A stretch of DNA of 63,599 nucleotides, filler included, from Lenisia limosa (taxonomy: Eukaryota; Protista; Breviatea): NCBI GenBank assembly GCA_001655205.1. It is 11 parts of 11 records of this genome, joined end to end, with 100 filler letters (N's around TTAATTAATTAA, not from the genome) between each part and the next. Parts side by side here need not be neighbours in the genome. Positions count along the whole stretch, not along the records: positions 1 to 13,199 come from LPNZ01009110.1; positions 13,300 to 30,047 come from LPNZ01006490.1; 9 more parts are not named here. One strand, given 5' to 3'. The notes beneath the pieces are model-generated. The model was not told the origin of the DNA and ran no database searches. It worked only from the letters and a program-made list of their open reading frames with translations. A program made the translations under genes and the position numbers. Of the stretch, positions 11,101 to 22,757 are shown piece by piece (the stretch's first letter is position 1; every line of letters begins with the position of its first letter).

Positions 11101-13021
11101 AAGGGAAACAAAATAAACTAGCATCTGACCAAAGCAATATTGGGAGGTGATAAAAAGAGGGAAGATGGATATCATATGCGATGCACTATTTGTATCACCA
11201 TATATCGCTGAATGGAATATCTTGTTCTCAAAAATGAACTTTCAGCCAACGTTAGAGGGCACGAGGGCTTTGGTATCACAGTTTGCCATGACTAAAGTAC
11301 GAGCACAGCCCGAATGACAATGGAAAAGAGCTTCTTTCAGAGGAGGCTCTCCCTGGAACTATGATAGGGAAAGGCTGAACAAGACAATACATTCTAACTA
11401 GGGGATTCACAATCGTGAAAATCTGTTGAATTACCAGCTATCGTCACCCACTAACCTCAACATCAAATTCGTTAACATCAGCGCCGTTCTCAATCAACAA
11501 CTTCACCAGCTCCAAATGGCCATGCGCTGCAGCGAAGTGTAACCCAGATTGGTTCTAATCAGTAAAACGTTTGTTATCACTTCTTCCTTTCGTTAAATCT
11601 CCAAAATTCCATACTCAATCCCTCCAAGTTTGGAATAAGTGAACATATCCCCCTTCCCAACTCTTGTTGATGGTCCAAAGAAAGATATATTTAGCGCGTA
11701 TTTCCCCCTCCCCCACTTTGATTCCTCCGCAGATCGAAATATCGGCCCCGGAAGCAATAAGGAATTCGGCAATTTCCCGGTGTCCGAAGCAGCAAGCTAC
11801 GTGTAACGGTGTTAAACTCTAAACTCATTAGAAACATAACCAAACAGCACTCAGTATTGATACAACAGGACCTCCTCCACTTAAACAAAAGCTGAAATAT
11901 CGAGGATTGATCGGAAAATTATTGTCAACCCTCACGAAAATCCTCAGTGATATATTGTCTAAAAGAGGATACGTCACCCACCTCGGCGTTTTTGGCGTTG
12001 ATGTGTGCGCTATTAGCCAGAAGCAGAGCGGCTGCCTCTACCGCATTGCCCACGACGGCATAATGCAGGGGTTTGGCCTAGGGTGTCATTATTATATGGG
12101 GTTCCGTATCCGAAAAAGTCCTTGATACCAATATTTAGCGAGAATTTATCGGAAAATTTGATCTTGGGAGGTGATGTGGCAATATTTAAAGAGAAAGTAT
12201 TTCATCCAATATGTAGTGGTAGAAGTATTCTATGAAGTGTTGTCTTATTATTAAACAAAAGTAAACAAAAGTAGGCTATATTATTGAAATTCCCTGAAAG
12301 CCTACTTGGCAAGAAGTTCTATTGACCAAGGCTCCGGCCCCCAAAAGAGCCTTGCACACTTCAACTCGATTATGCTGCGCTGCAATATCTAGCAAGCTAG
12401 TCTCCTAAGAACTGTCAATACATAAAGCTGAGAATGTGGTAAAATGAGATTATGTGCGAAATATTTTGAATAAGTTCGTTTGTATTTGTTTAACTGTATA
12501 GTACCCAAAATTTGCCACACCCTCCTTTCCTGTGAAATGCTTTTGAGACCAGCTATAGAGACACAAGAGGCTCACCCATTCACGACCTTCACAAGAGACC
12601 CCGCGAGCTAGTAAAAGCCGCAGAAATCTCACACTTCCAAAAGTCGCAATTTGGACAAGGATATCATCGATCTGATGGTGTTATAAGAGACGATGAAATA
12701 CTACTTATTCATCAGGGGGGCAAATAGCTTCACAAACATGTGTTTACCACTAATTCTCGACAGATCACGAAGAATATCGATATTATGAAAAGAAGCCGAA
12801 ATTGCTTCAGACCGGAAAATGGTGACAAAGGCCTGCGTCAAGCAGAGCGACCGCAGTGGCCTCGTGGTCGGTCGAAATAATTATTGACAAACTCGTGTTG
12901 CCCTAAACGGTGAAATACTTGAAGGTGGCTTCAGTCAAATACTTCCATTTCTACGTACATCTTGACAAAACCCTGTCAAACGAACCTCTCTGTCCTTGAT
13001 GAGAAGCGCTTGGGGCTCCAT
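8198..13021 (-). CDS. Ankyrin-repeat protein (~8 repeats) with a C-terminal low-complexity tail
   Basis: Roughly one repeat per exon: GNTSLSIII..., ETSLLDIAAQHNRVEVCKALLGAGA, AKPLHYAVVGNAVEAAALLLANSAHINAKN, LTPLHVACCFGHREIAEFLIASGADI, SGLHFAAAHGHLELVKLLIENGADVN, GEPPLKEAL..., GRTALHVATSYKFETLAIHLLNRGSD, TPFTLAVRNN. Ends ...WVLDPELFKAALFA* at 8198. ATG at 13021 is the first in-phase start seen. Confidence 0.88.
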
Positions 13022-13308
13022 TGCTAATACTAACGGCAGACATTGCATTGCGTTGCGCGTCAAAAGATGAATTGGGGCACACGTCTAATCAATGTCAAAA
13101 TATTATATGAAAATAGGAACTTATGTTACGATACATATGATATGATATGCTGCTGCACGGAAACCGTGTCATTTATGAGAAACCGTGTCATTTATGATTN
13201 NNNNNNNNNNNNNNNNNNNNNNNNNNNNNNNNNNNNNNNNNNNTTAATTAATTAANNNNNNNNNNNNNNNNNNNNNNNNNNNNNNNNNNNNNNNNNNNNC
13301 CCCCACAG

Positions 13309-16285
13309 TACTGAGTGATTCCCCTCGTCCGCTGGTGACGCACGACGATGTGACTGAGTACCTCGAGCACTTCAACGAAATAGTGAAGGGACCTCCCAGC
13401 AGTGGGCTGGGCTATACGAGTTTCTTACAATCTAAAAGACAGTTGACATCTTTGATTTCGGGTTCTTTTCGGAACATGCCAAATGATTTTGTGCTGTCGT
13501 AACTTTTCTCTTTCCCTCAGTTCAGTCTGTGTTCAAGTAGCTGTTCTCCCATCAATTATTTGCTCCAATGATGTTTTGTTCCATTTAACTACCGCTTTGG
13601 TCTCACCACTTTCAGATATTCTCATCAACGACTCAATCGGAACGTACCGCCAAGCCATCAGGTAAGATGGGTGCTTCAATATTTAGCTCTTTTTTATCCC
13701 TCAGTGATTTGTATTTGTATTATTTCATTTCATGATTTCCACTGATCGTCAAGGCCCAGCACCACCACAACTTCAACCAGCGTATCCGCAACCCATGCCT
13801 TAGGACGGGTGGACGGCGATGCTGCTCAGAACGTGGGCCTGGGAGGGAGCATCGCTTTTGGTAACAGGAAGACAATATTTTTCAAGAAATCATCAAACGA
13901 TGCCGTTTTTCTTTCTTTTGAGAACTGAAATGGAGTGGAGCTTCATTGACGTACCCATGTATACGATATATGCCCCTCTGGGGAGATAAGACTCTTACAA
14001 CCCCACGATATTTGTCACTTTTCGCAATTTCGAAATGTTAAGCTGACCCCCCCCCCCTCACTCCACAGCTGCTTGTTGCGCGTGGATTGTCGCGTGTTTG
14101 CCGTGCATGGCCTGAAATGCTTCGGACGTGGATGGCGCACCATGTTGTCGGCCCGGTCGCCGAGAGGCTCAATGATGTGAGGGGGGCTTGTTGCTGTGAG
14201 GGCATTTGGATCGATGCCTTGAGTTGAATTTTCTTCAGTAACTTCATGTATTCTCATTTCTAGATTTTTTTTCAATATAGCAATGAGAAATAAATAAAAC
14301 AATAAAATAAGGTATAATAATGATATGATGAATTATTTACCCCCCCCCCCCAGATTGACGNNNNNNNNNNNNNNNNNNNNNNNNNNNNNNNNNNNNNNNN
14401 NNNNNNNNNNNNNNNNNNNNNNNNNNNNNNNNNNNNNNNNNNNNNNNNNNNNNNNNNNNNNNNNNNNNCCTCGGGTGCCGCCACCGCTGCCGAGTCACTG
14501 GGGTACCAAAGGTCTCGGGCCGCGTCAAGACTTCCGCAGATGCAGGCTGTTCAGAACCGTGGGGTGGTGTCTTTGCTTCTTATTTGACCCCGTGCATCGG
14601 AATCCTATGGAGCTTGCTGATTGTAATATTCTCTAATTTGAAGTTTCCTCTCATGGTAACATCGTTCTTACCCCTCCGCAGCTTCTGGATATTCCACACT
14701 TGAAGACTTCGTGAGGACTTGTCCCACTGTAGGCATGGCTTGGTGGTAGGGCTTCTCGGTTCGAAAAAAGACTGAATTTCTCGATAAATCCTCAAAACTA
14801 TCGATATTTTTTTGAAGTCTTTTTCGAACCGAAGTGAAGCGCTACTTGGCAGTGTGGATTATTTGGTCGTTGTTCAAAAATATCCATCCTCTTCGGAGAT
14901 TGAAGCAGCATTTTACCTTGCAGCACCCCCTGGTACAAACTTGCATTGCCGCAGTGTGGGAGTACGTCATGGTCCCCGGCCACTCAGTATCTAGGAAGTA
15001 CACGTCGAATCGAATCCTTGGTTGGGGTGGTGATACTTATTGTTAGTCTATAATATCATTTAGTTCATACATTTACCAAGACATATCATATCTTATGTAA
15101 TATTATGATAAAGGCGGTACTTTCCTGAACTGGCAGTTACCATATTTAGAACTGGCCCGCGGCGGCGTGCTGACGGGATACAGCTGGAACAGTGGAGGCA
15201 GGGACTACGGTGCCGACCACCCAACTGATGTCGTCATTTTGATGCATCTCTTCTGTACCTATTTGGTAGGTTGTGGGCAACTCTTCTTCTTTCTATCCCC
15301 CCATGTTTTTTTCTTTTATTATTATAATTCGCAATATCTTTTCTCACCAGAAAGGACCATCTTGTAGGCTCCCCAGACCCAAAGCCGTTCTCATCGCGCC
15401 ACTTCGTCCACGCCACATCACACTCCTATGAAGGTGGGGGGGGGGGGTNNNNNNNNNNNNNNNNNNNNNNNNNNNNNNNNNNNNNNNNNNNNNNNNNNNN
15501 NNNNNNNNNNNNNNNNNNNNNNNNNNNNNNNNNNNNNNNNNNNNNNNNNTAATTAGATCATCTACCGTTTCGTTTTGAGACTATTCCAATCGGTCATTCT
15601 TTGTTGCTTCTTTTCTGTACACTAAGCTGACTCTTGTTCAGACCCCCACCAAGAAACAGTTCGCATTTTGATGACTGGCAGCTCTCCTCCGCATTTCAAG
15701 GTTCGTTTAGGTCCTCGTATCTTAACGCTTCACTTCGGTTTGAAAAAGACCGAGAAATTCTGCCTTTTTTTGAACCAAAGTGAAGCCCTACTCGTAACCC
15801 TATTCAAGAGACATGTCGTATGAACCACATATGAAGCAATTTGTCAAAAAGCCTATTGTCTCTTTTGTCCTTCCACTTGACCTGACCCCCTAGGTTGCCG
15901 TACCCGAGGGACGAGTCTGGGAAATTGTGGCGGTAAGCACAATGGCCCAAGAAACAGTATTATCGCTTTTTTACTTGTTTACTTGTTTTTACTTGCTTTT
16001 ACTTGTTTACTTGTTTTTACTTGTTTACTTGCTTTTACCTGCTTTTACTTGCTTTTTACTTGATTTTTATTTATTATTGTTTCCTTGAACGTTCATTCAT
16101 GCAGGTTACATTCATCCTTTCAGGGCCGAGATAATGCCTTCTACACGCTGGGAGTTTTCCTCGACTTCATCTCAAGGGAATATTCCGGCCACATTCTGGG
16201 GGTCAATCTGGACGCACCCTCGATCAGCCTTCTCACAAGCCTCAATATCGCCCCACATGTTGACCTCTCCAAAATGAAGGTCTAG
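13309..16285 (+). CDS. TMEM209: TMEM209/PNET1-like nuclear-envelope protein (N-terminus lost in gap)
   Basis: Exons encode RAWPEMLRTWMAHHVVGPVAERLND; ELARGGVLTGYSWNSGGRDYGADHPTDVVILMHLFCTYL; KPFSSRHFV; SPPHFK; GRDNAFYTLGVFLDFISREYSGHILGVNL. These match, in order, the recalled TMEM209 C-terminal motifs (W..GG...PTD..I.MH.FCTYL; PPH; GRNN.F.TL..FL....G.LG.VNL). Confidence 0.85.
14747..14844. mobile_element. MITE family A copy in a TMEM209 intron
   Basis: TAGGGCTT...GAAGTGAAGCGCTA with 8-bp flanks CTTGGTGG / CTTGGCAG (degenerate TSD). Confidence 0.8.
15726..15790. mobile_element. MITE family A, internally deleted copy
   Basis: GCTTCACTTCGGTTTGAAAAAGAC...GAACCAAAGTGAAGCCCTA. Confidence 0.75.
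15965..16065. repeat. Degenerate (TTTACTTG(C/T))n intronic tandem repeat
   Basis: About 10 imperfect copies of tttacttg(c)t. Confidence 0.8.
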
Positions 16286-16370
16286 GTGATGTATTGTTTA
16301 ATGGATTTCTATGTTTCTAGTCAGCATTGGTGAGGAGAGGCGAAGGGGATGAAGCGGCAATTGCAATATA

Positions 16371-17484
16371 ATGAAGTCGGCATTCCTTGAAGAGATATTA
16401 CATATCATATTCTTCATCTGTTATCATGGCTATTCCTTGCGAGAAATGATGCCCATACTTACGTGGATGGAAGTTGGAAAGGTGTGTTCCGTTAGTATTC
16501 ACAATAAACTAGCTGTAAAAAGTGGATGGGGGGGAGGGGTGGTAAGTCTTGCCTCCACCAGGCACCCGGTCCCCCACCCCCCGCCATGCAAAGGCAGCAG
16601 AAAAAGTTGCAAGAAGTACAGTTAATGAATGTTGTTGAGGCACGGGAGCCTACCAATATACCAATCTCCAAGAACCAAATCTGAACCAGGTACCTCCCTC
16701 CCATTCGTTTAGACATGTCCATCCTCAACCACCCCTGACCATAACACTTAGCTGGCAACTCCGATCACCCCATTAATGATCATGAGCAGTACACGATACA
16801 TCAGCATGAAAGAGAAGGATTGAAAAAAGACACGTTTTTGAAGAGTTTCGTCATGGATGCAAAGTATGGGGTATTAACTCCTCGTATTTCATATCATTCT
16901 ACCTTCCCAACCTTTCTTCTTTTCATATCTCGACCTCACACACTTCATATGATGCAGTATCTTCTTTGTAAAGGACAGAGGAGAATAGTAATCAGAGATT
17001 TTCCTTCCACAGCAATGCATAATATCTTTCTAACTTGGCTACTTGTTGCCAGGAAGACAAAGCTTATGGTTCCTTCTTCACCTTCAAAATTGTCTTTGAT
17101 AGATAACTTTGGAGGAACACTTTTGTATTTCTTCCCTTTCATGAGTTGTTGGGCAAATGATTGAAGGCATCCTGTTATCANNNNNNNNNNNNNNNNNNNN
17201 NNNNNNNNNNNNNNNNNNNNNNNNAGTTTGTATTGCATGTCCTATTATTTTTTTTTTTTTGCATGAATGTGCCACTTTATCAAGAGAAGATCTTGGGCCG
17301 ATTTAACCTTCATAGTCTTGAGTCCCTTTTGAGCATCAAACCTTTGCTGCATCAGCCTCGGCCAAGTTCGAAATGTGAGAGTTGTGGCGTGCTTTGCGTA
17401 ACAGATTTTGTATATTATGAAGAACATATCGTATACTCTACTAAGTGTGTATGGGTCTCTTCCACAATGCTTTGTTGTGCATAG
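16371..17484 (+). CDS. Possible F-box-like protein or decayed gene
   Basis: N-terminal FLEEILHIIFFIC...VGKVC resembles an F-box. A later + frame has KCESCGVLC...LCC. I could not build a fully in-phase model, and minus-strand exon readings also exist. Confidence 0.25.
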
Positions 17485-17649
17485 TATATCATCTGATATC
17501 GTAATACTGCGTCTCACCAATACTCTTTTTCTAAACCTCTTCAATTCGCTTGATATTTTATGAATGAAATAATAAAGCTCTTTAAATGAGTTTAGTATCC
17601 TTAATAAGCATGATAGGGACCACCTTTATTAATTGTATCGATGTTTTGA

Positions 17650-20600
17650 ATGGAGGAAAAAAAGTCAAACTGTTCCCCTACATTTGTGACGTTTTCAGCT
17701 ACAAAACACCACATCCCCACCAAAGCTGCCCCCTCTTTCCACCCTTCGTCGCCCCAATCCCCGGTCAAATTACCCGACTCCCACCCTACACTTCCCAACA
17801 AGCTATCAAATGACGCCAGAGGCTCGCACCAGTCTCTGTATAACGCGGCTTTTGAGGCAACGTCCTCTTCAAAGTCCCTGCAAAACGGCCTGGCTCATTT
17901 AGACCACACAACATCGCCTCACCCCCCTCTTTCTCCCCGTCCTCCATTGTCGCCATCCCCATCATCTTCCTCACTGACCCCCTCGTCACCATCAAGAAGA
18001 TACTCCTCACGGGTAGTCACCACCTCATGCCCCGCAGCCGTTATCAATTCCGCTCATGCCCTTCCGTTTGTTACTCAAAAGGGCCAGCATTTCACCTCAG
18101 AAACGGGAAACCCCCAACTCAGCCCAAAACCCCCTTCCCTCACGCATCGGGGTGTTTCCTCTTTCCCACTTCTGGCAAGACAAACCAAGCCCAGTCAAGA
18201 GCGTGTTGAATCAGAGAACCGCAGCAGCCATGATAGATCTGGCGACCCCCCATGTCTTGCGTCCGATATTGATCATGCCAATATTGACCATACGTTTGAG
18301 ATGACTGAAAATGAACAAGGTAGGGTAGACGAGTTGAACTTCATATTGCCTAAGATTTTCTCCACTCCTTATTCAACATCATTCCTTCTTCAGCGCAACA
18401 ATCTAATTCACTTGGAGGTTCCATCCATGCCGAAAAAAGTGTGCTATCCGACTTTGGCTTCGTGTGTCCAAGTGATGATGATGACCATGTGGGGAGGGGG
18501 GCTGATTCACCCTGTATGGTGGTTGTTTCTTGAATAATGGTTGAAAATAGGGGACGTTAAATGCAAGTTCTTAAAGTGAAAACATTTGAACGGAAGTAAC
18601 ATTTCCTGTAAGGCAAATGATTGGGCGAATTAATATGATGCAATAGTTCAGTATCTCTTATAAGCATGAGGGTGGACACCTTTGGCCAGATACAATACCT
18701 GCTGGGGAGGCACGCAGAAAGCTGTGTGCACAGAGTTGTAAGGTAAATGATTGGGTGATAATCCAATATCTTATAAGCGTGATGGTGTGGACGCCTTCGG
18801 CCAGATACAAACTTTTTTTTTCTCATTTCTATATTACACCTGTTTTCGGATCACTCATTCATCTCACAGGTAACCTCACACGTTGAAGTCGCTACTGAGT
18901 TGACAGTATTAGAGGATGGGTCTCTGATTCAGGTTGGTGGAATCCTTATTTTTCCGTGTCTTTTATTGTCTTATTTTTGTCTTATTTTTGTCTTATTTTT
19001 GTCTTATTTTTCAAAGTATCAAAATCGAACTTTCTATGTTTTTTATTTGAAATTCAGGTTAAAATTGTGTTTTAGACCGCAGCTGTGGACGGATTTGTCC
19101 AGATTCATGATATCCCGTCTTGTTTACCATTGAAGTCCTGTTCACTCATATAGGGCTTAACATTGTCAAAACCCCGCCCAGAGCCTTCAACACTTCTCTT
19201 CTCAGGTTGGTCTATTGGACATAGAAATCGGAATTCCATCATTTTTACGACCTGACGGTAGCTTGTTGTTTCTTTTCTTGATATATTACATTTCTTCCTC
19301 AGACCTTATCATACTCAAACAACACGGATATCAGTTACCATTCACCAGCCCCAACAGTGGACCGTATTAGTACCGAACTTCAAAAGTTGACCTCCGACCG
19401 AAATTATGTTATTCAGCCACAGGACTTGGAAAAGCTGCTTGACGGTGGGCTATCTACCAAAGGCTTTTGTTCCTGTCATTCTTCTCGCTACATAATATGA
19501 TAAAGGTATTTTATATTATGTTTCCTGCTCTTTTAGCCTCCCTTTGTAAGTAAAGACACATTGTACGTTTTTGAGAGATGAAAGCCCTCTAATGTTACCC
19601 TTTAGAACTGAGCGAAGTCGTATGTACGTTGAGCAATGATGCTATTGGGCCGAAGGATGATGGCATTGTGAATGACGACAACGAAGAGCATCAAGATGAA
19701 ATTCGTCATAGCCTTTGTGAAGAAACAGAATGCTTTCAGGATGACACAGAAACGCATGATGTGGACACAATAGAAGAATCAGAAAGAGATCAACAAGACT
19801 CTGAAGATGTTATTGTTATGCGTAAGATTCAAGAAGAGGGTGGTAAAGGGCAGTTTGAAGAAGGGAAAGATGAGAATAAGAATGGGAATAGAGGTAGTTT
19901 TGTACCAGCTGAAGTTGGGATTGGTGCTGATGAAGAAGAGATGAAAGAGAATGACATGAAGAATGCTCAAGGAAAAGAAGGAAATGGAGAAGAGAAGAAG
20001 GAGCAAGAGCAAGATGAAGTCAAATGTAGCGAAGGAGAAGGATCCATGTTGGAGACCAGCTTATCTGTGAGTCTCAAAGAAGGAGTAAAAGAAGAAATAA
20101 AAGAAGTAGTGAAAGAAGAAGAGACGAAAGAAGAAGAGATTAAAGGAGAGATAAAAGGAGAAATAAGAGAAGAAGTAAATGATGAATTAGAAGAAGAGAG
20201 AGAAGAGGAGGTGGAAAATGAAGATGAAATGAAGGAAGAAATTGAAGAGGAAGTGGAAGACAACAATGATGAAGTCGAAGAAGATAAGGAGGAAGAGGAT
20301 GTGATTGAAGAAATTAATGAAGAAGAAAAGGAAGAAGGAATCGAGGTAAATGAACATTCACAAGTTGACGGGAAAATGAATTATCCAGCGAATGCAGAAG
20401 AAAAGGTAGAAAGGGATGAAGAAAAACACCAGGAAGAAATAAAAGATACTCAACAAAAAGAGAAAATAGATGAATTGGTATTAGATAACGATAAGGAAGA
20501 TGAAGAAGATGAAGAAACCGCTTTGCCGCAGGTATATTCCTCCATCAACCCAATTCTCAGTCGTCGTTTGGTGAAGAAGATGACAATTCTACGAACTGTC

Positions 20601-22090
20601 ATGAAAGCACGCCAACCAAAAGCAGACCCTCAGCCTTCTCAAAGTACGTTTGAAACGGTATTCTTAATTTCTATCATATTTGTTGGACTGATGTGAAACA
20701 CTTGAATACTCGTTCCTCATACTCCAGAAACCTCATGTGGGCAAGCAAAACGGTCGTCGTCTCCTCTCTCGCTCAGAATTGACAGTCTCCGAACGTCTCT
20801 TCTCCACACTGGTTTGCCGCCTCCGTATTGATTTGTCGCTTGTTTTTTTTTTTGGGGGGGGGNNNNNNNNNNNNNNNNNNNNNNNNNNNNNNNNNNNNNN
20901 NNNNNNNNNNNNNNNNNNNNNNNNNNNNNNNNNNNNNNNNNNNNNNNNNNNNNNNNNNNNNNNNNNNNNNNATTTTACTCCCCCCCTCCATATTGTTTGC
21001 CCTTTCTCTTTTCTAGTTTCCTGTTTGTCTTACAGAAATATGTTATACGACCGCTTTCACCCCATCCCTGCAGAGCCGTGTACACACCACCAAGCAAGCC
21101 CGCCACCCTCATTAGATCCTGAATCTGCCCAGAGCATCCGTGATATTTCACGTTTCGCTTCCGACTTAGACAGGTATGAATGATTGTTGATTTTTATGTT
21201 CTCAATAAGGCAGGCGTGTGTTTGGAGATTTTTCCTCGGTGACAATTTAGTGGTAGTAATGAAGAGGATTTTGACATTGTGCAAATACGAAGAAAACGCG
21301 AGAGATGTCTCAAAACACGACAGTTCAGAGCAGCGCAGTCTATTCAGGCATTATGGCGGGGTTACAGGTGGGCGCTGTTGTATTATAACATTGTGGGGAA
21401 TGACTAGAACAGTTTTTCCTTCCGTGAAGAAACATACTGTCATGTTGTGTATACTCCTATTTGGATGCAATATTATATTTTACTCTTAGAACCTGCTCGA
21501 GTAGAACCTTCTTTCTCTTACTTCATGATAGTGCTGGTGGCCTCGGCATAACACACCATGTTCATTCTCTTTTCTACAAAACTCAGTTAATCACCATTAA
21601 TTAATATTATCAGGCTGCGGAAATGGATTCTTCCACAATGGCAAGACTTGGTCAAAGGCCACCGAATACGGTTGGATGTTTAGTCATATTGGGGCATTAT
21701 TTTTGGAGTTGGACTACTGCTTTTGAAAAACAACTCATTACACTTTATTCATGACGCTTCAATTGTTTTATTTTTAATCATGAATCTCATCCATTTAGAA
21801 GAGCCAATTTCCGATCAATCTGCCAACCTTTCTTCTCTGAATGGAAAAGACGTGTTGCAGTGAAGGTAGGTTGCATAATAATATTACGTGGGGTGGGGGT
21901 AACTATATGTAGTGGCANNNNNNNNNNNNNNNNNNNNNNNNNNNNNNNNNNNNNNNNNNNNNNNNNNNNNNNNNNNNNNNNNNNNNNNNNNNNNNNNNNN
22001 NNNNNNNNNNNNNNNNNNNNNNNNNATCATACAAGGATTCAGTTTCCAGACACCTTGGTGAGAGTGCGTGGATGGAGCAATTATTCATTA
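17650..22090 (+). CDS. Large low-complexity protein with Ser/Pro-rich and Glu-rich regions and a C-terminal IQ motif
   Basis: Long exons ~17698-18318 (S/P-rich) and ~19629-20650 (E/K-rich, ~340 aa). Exon near 21260-21367 encodes RQFRAAQSIQALWRGYR (IQxxxRGxxxR). The next exon LRKWILPQWQDLVKGHRIR is IQ-like. Middle exons are ambiguous. Confidence 0.55.
18750..18834 (-). repeat. Dispersed ~100-bp TIR-less repeat, family E
   Basis: Reverse complement of consensus ATATAGCAATGAGAAATAAAAAAATAAGGTTGTATCTGGCC...CTTATAAGAGATATTGGATTATAG...CACCCAAT. A second copy lies at ~18618-18695. Confidence 0.7.
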
Positions 22091-22757
22091 TAGACTTCTT
22101 TACAACCACCCTATCAATCTTTGGTTGTTCTATCCTGAACGTCAAATGTAAAAAAAAATATGATACTATATTCTTAAACTGCAATTCTTTCCTATATCAG
22201 CTCTGTCAACTTACCATTTTAGGAATTAATAGATTCCAATGGCAGTTTAGTGTTAGAGGCTGAAAAACGAAACTGGCTTCTCAAATCAAAGTCCTTCTTT
22301 TCCCTTGCGTTCAACGCCACAAATGTTCAATAGTTGGGAGGGAGGGGAATATTAGTATACATTATATGTTTTTTATCATCTTATCTGCCCTCGGGACACA
22401 ATTTGAAGTCAAATCATGTTGTCAGTAATATATATATATATCTGAAAAGATCAATATGATTTGATGCATCATGTGTAGCATATAGTAATATATTTATTAT
22501 ATGATAATATGTATACCTAATGTGGAAACTACCCTTTGAGTTATTTCATCTCTTTAGGGTTTCTACGTGATTTCTTGTATTTTTTAAGGTTTCAAATGAG
22601 TGGTTTTCCATATTTAATGTATATTTGTCATAGTATCTTTTGGTTTGTTTCATGTTTCTGTTAATTTATACAATCGATTATCTTGGTATGACAACAGCCA
22701 CTGAAACAGTAAGAAGATATCAGCTATAAACCATAAGAAACCTATCAGGGCACTACA

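Noticed and set aside
13244-13255. TTAATTAATTAA motif, also at ~30092, 32033, 33247, 36224, 38623, 40340, 49709, 57949 and 62264
   Set aside because: Always embedded in N runs; it is a six-frame-stop scaffolding spacer, not a biological repeat or regulatory site.
19779-20266. Minus-strand Ser/Phe/Leu-rich ORFs
   Set aside because: Antisense shadows of the GAA-rich Glu-coding exon.
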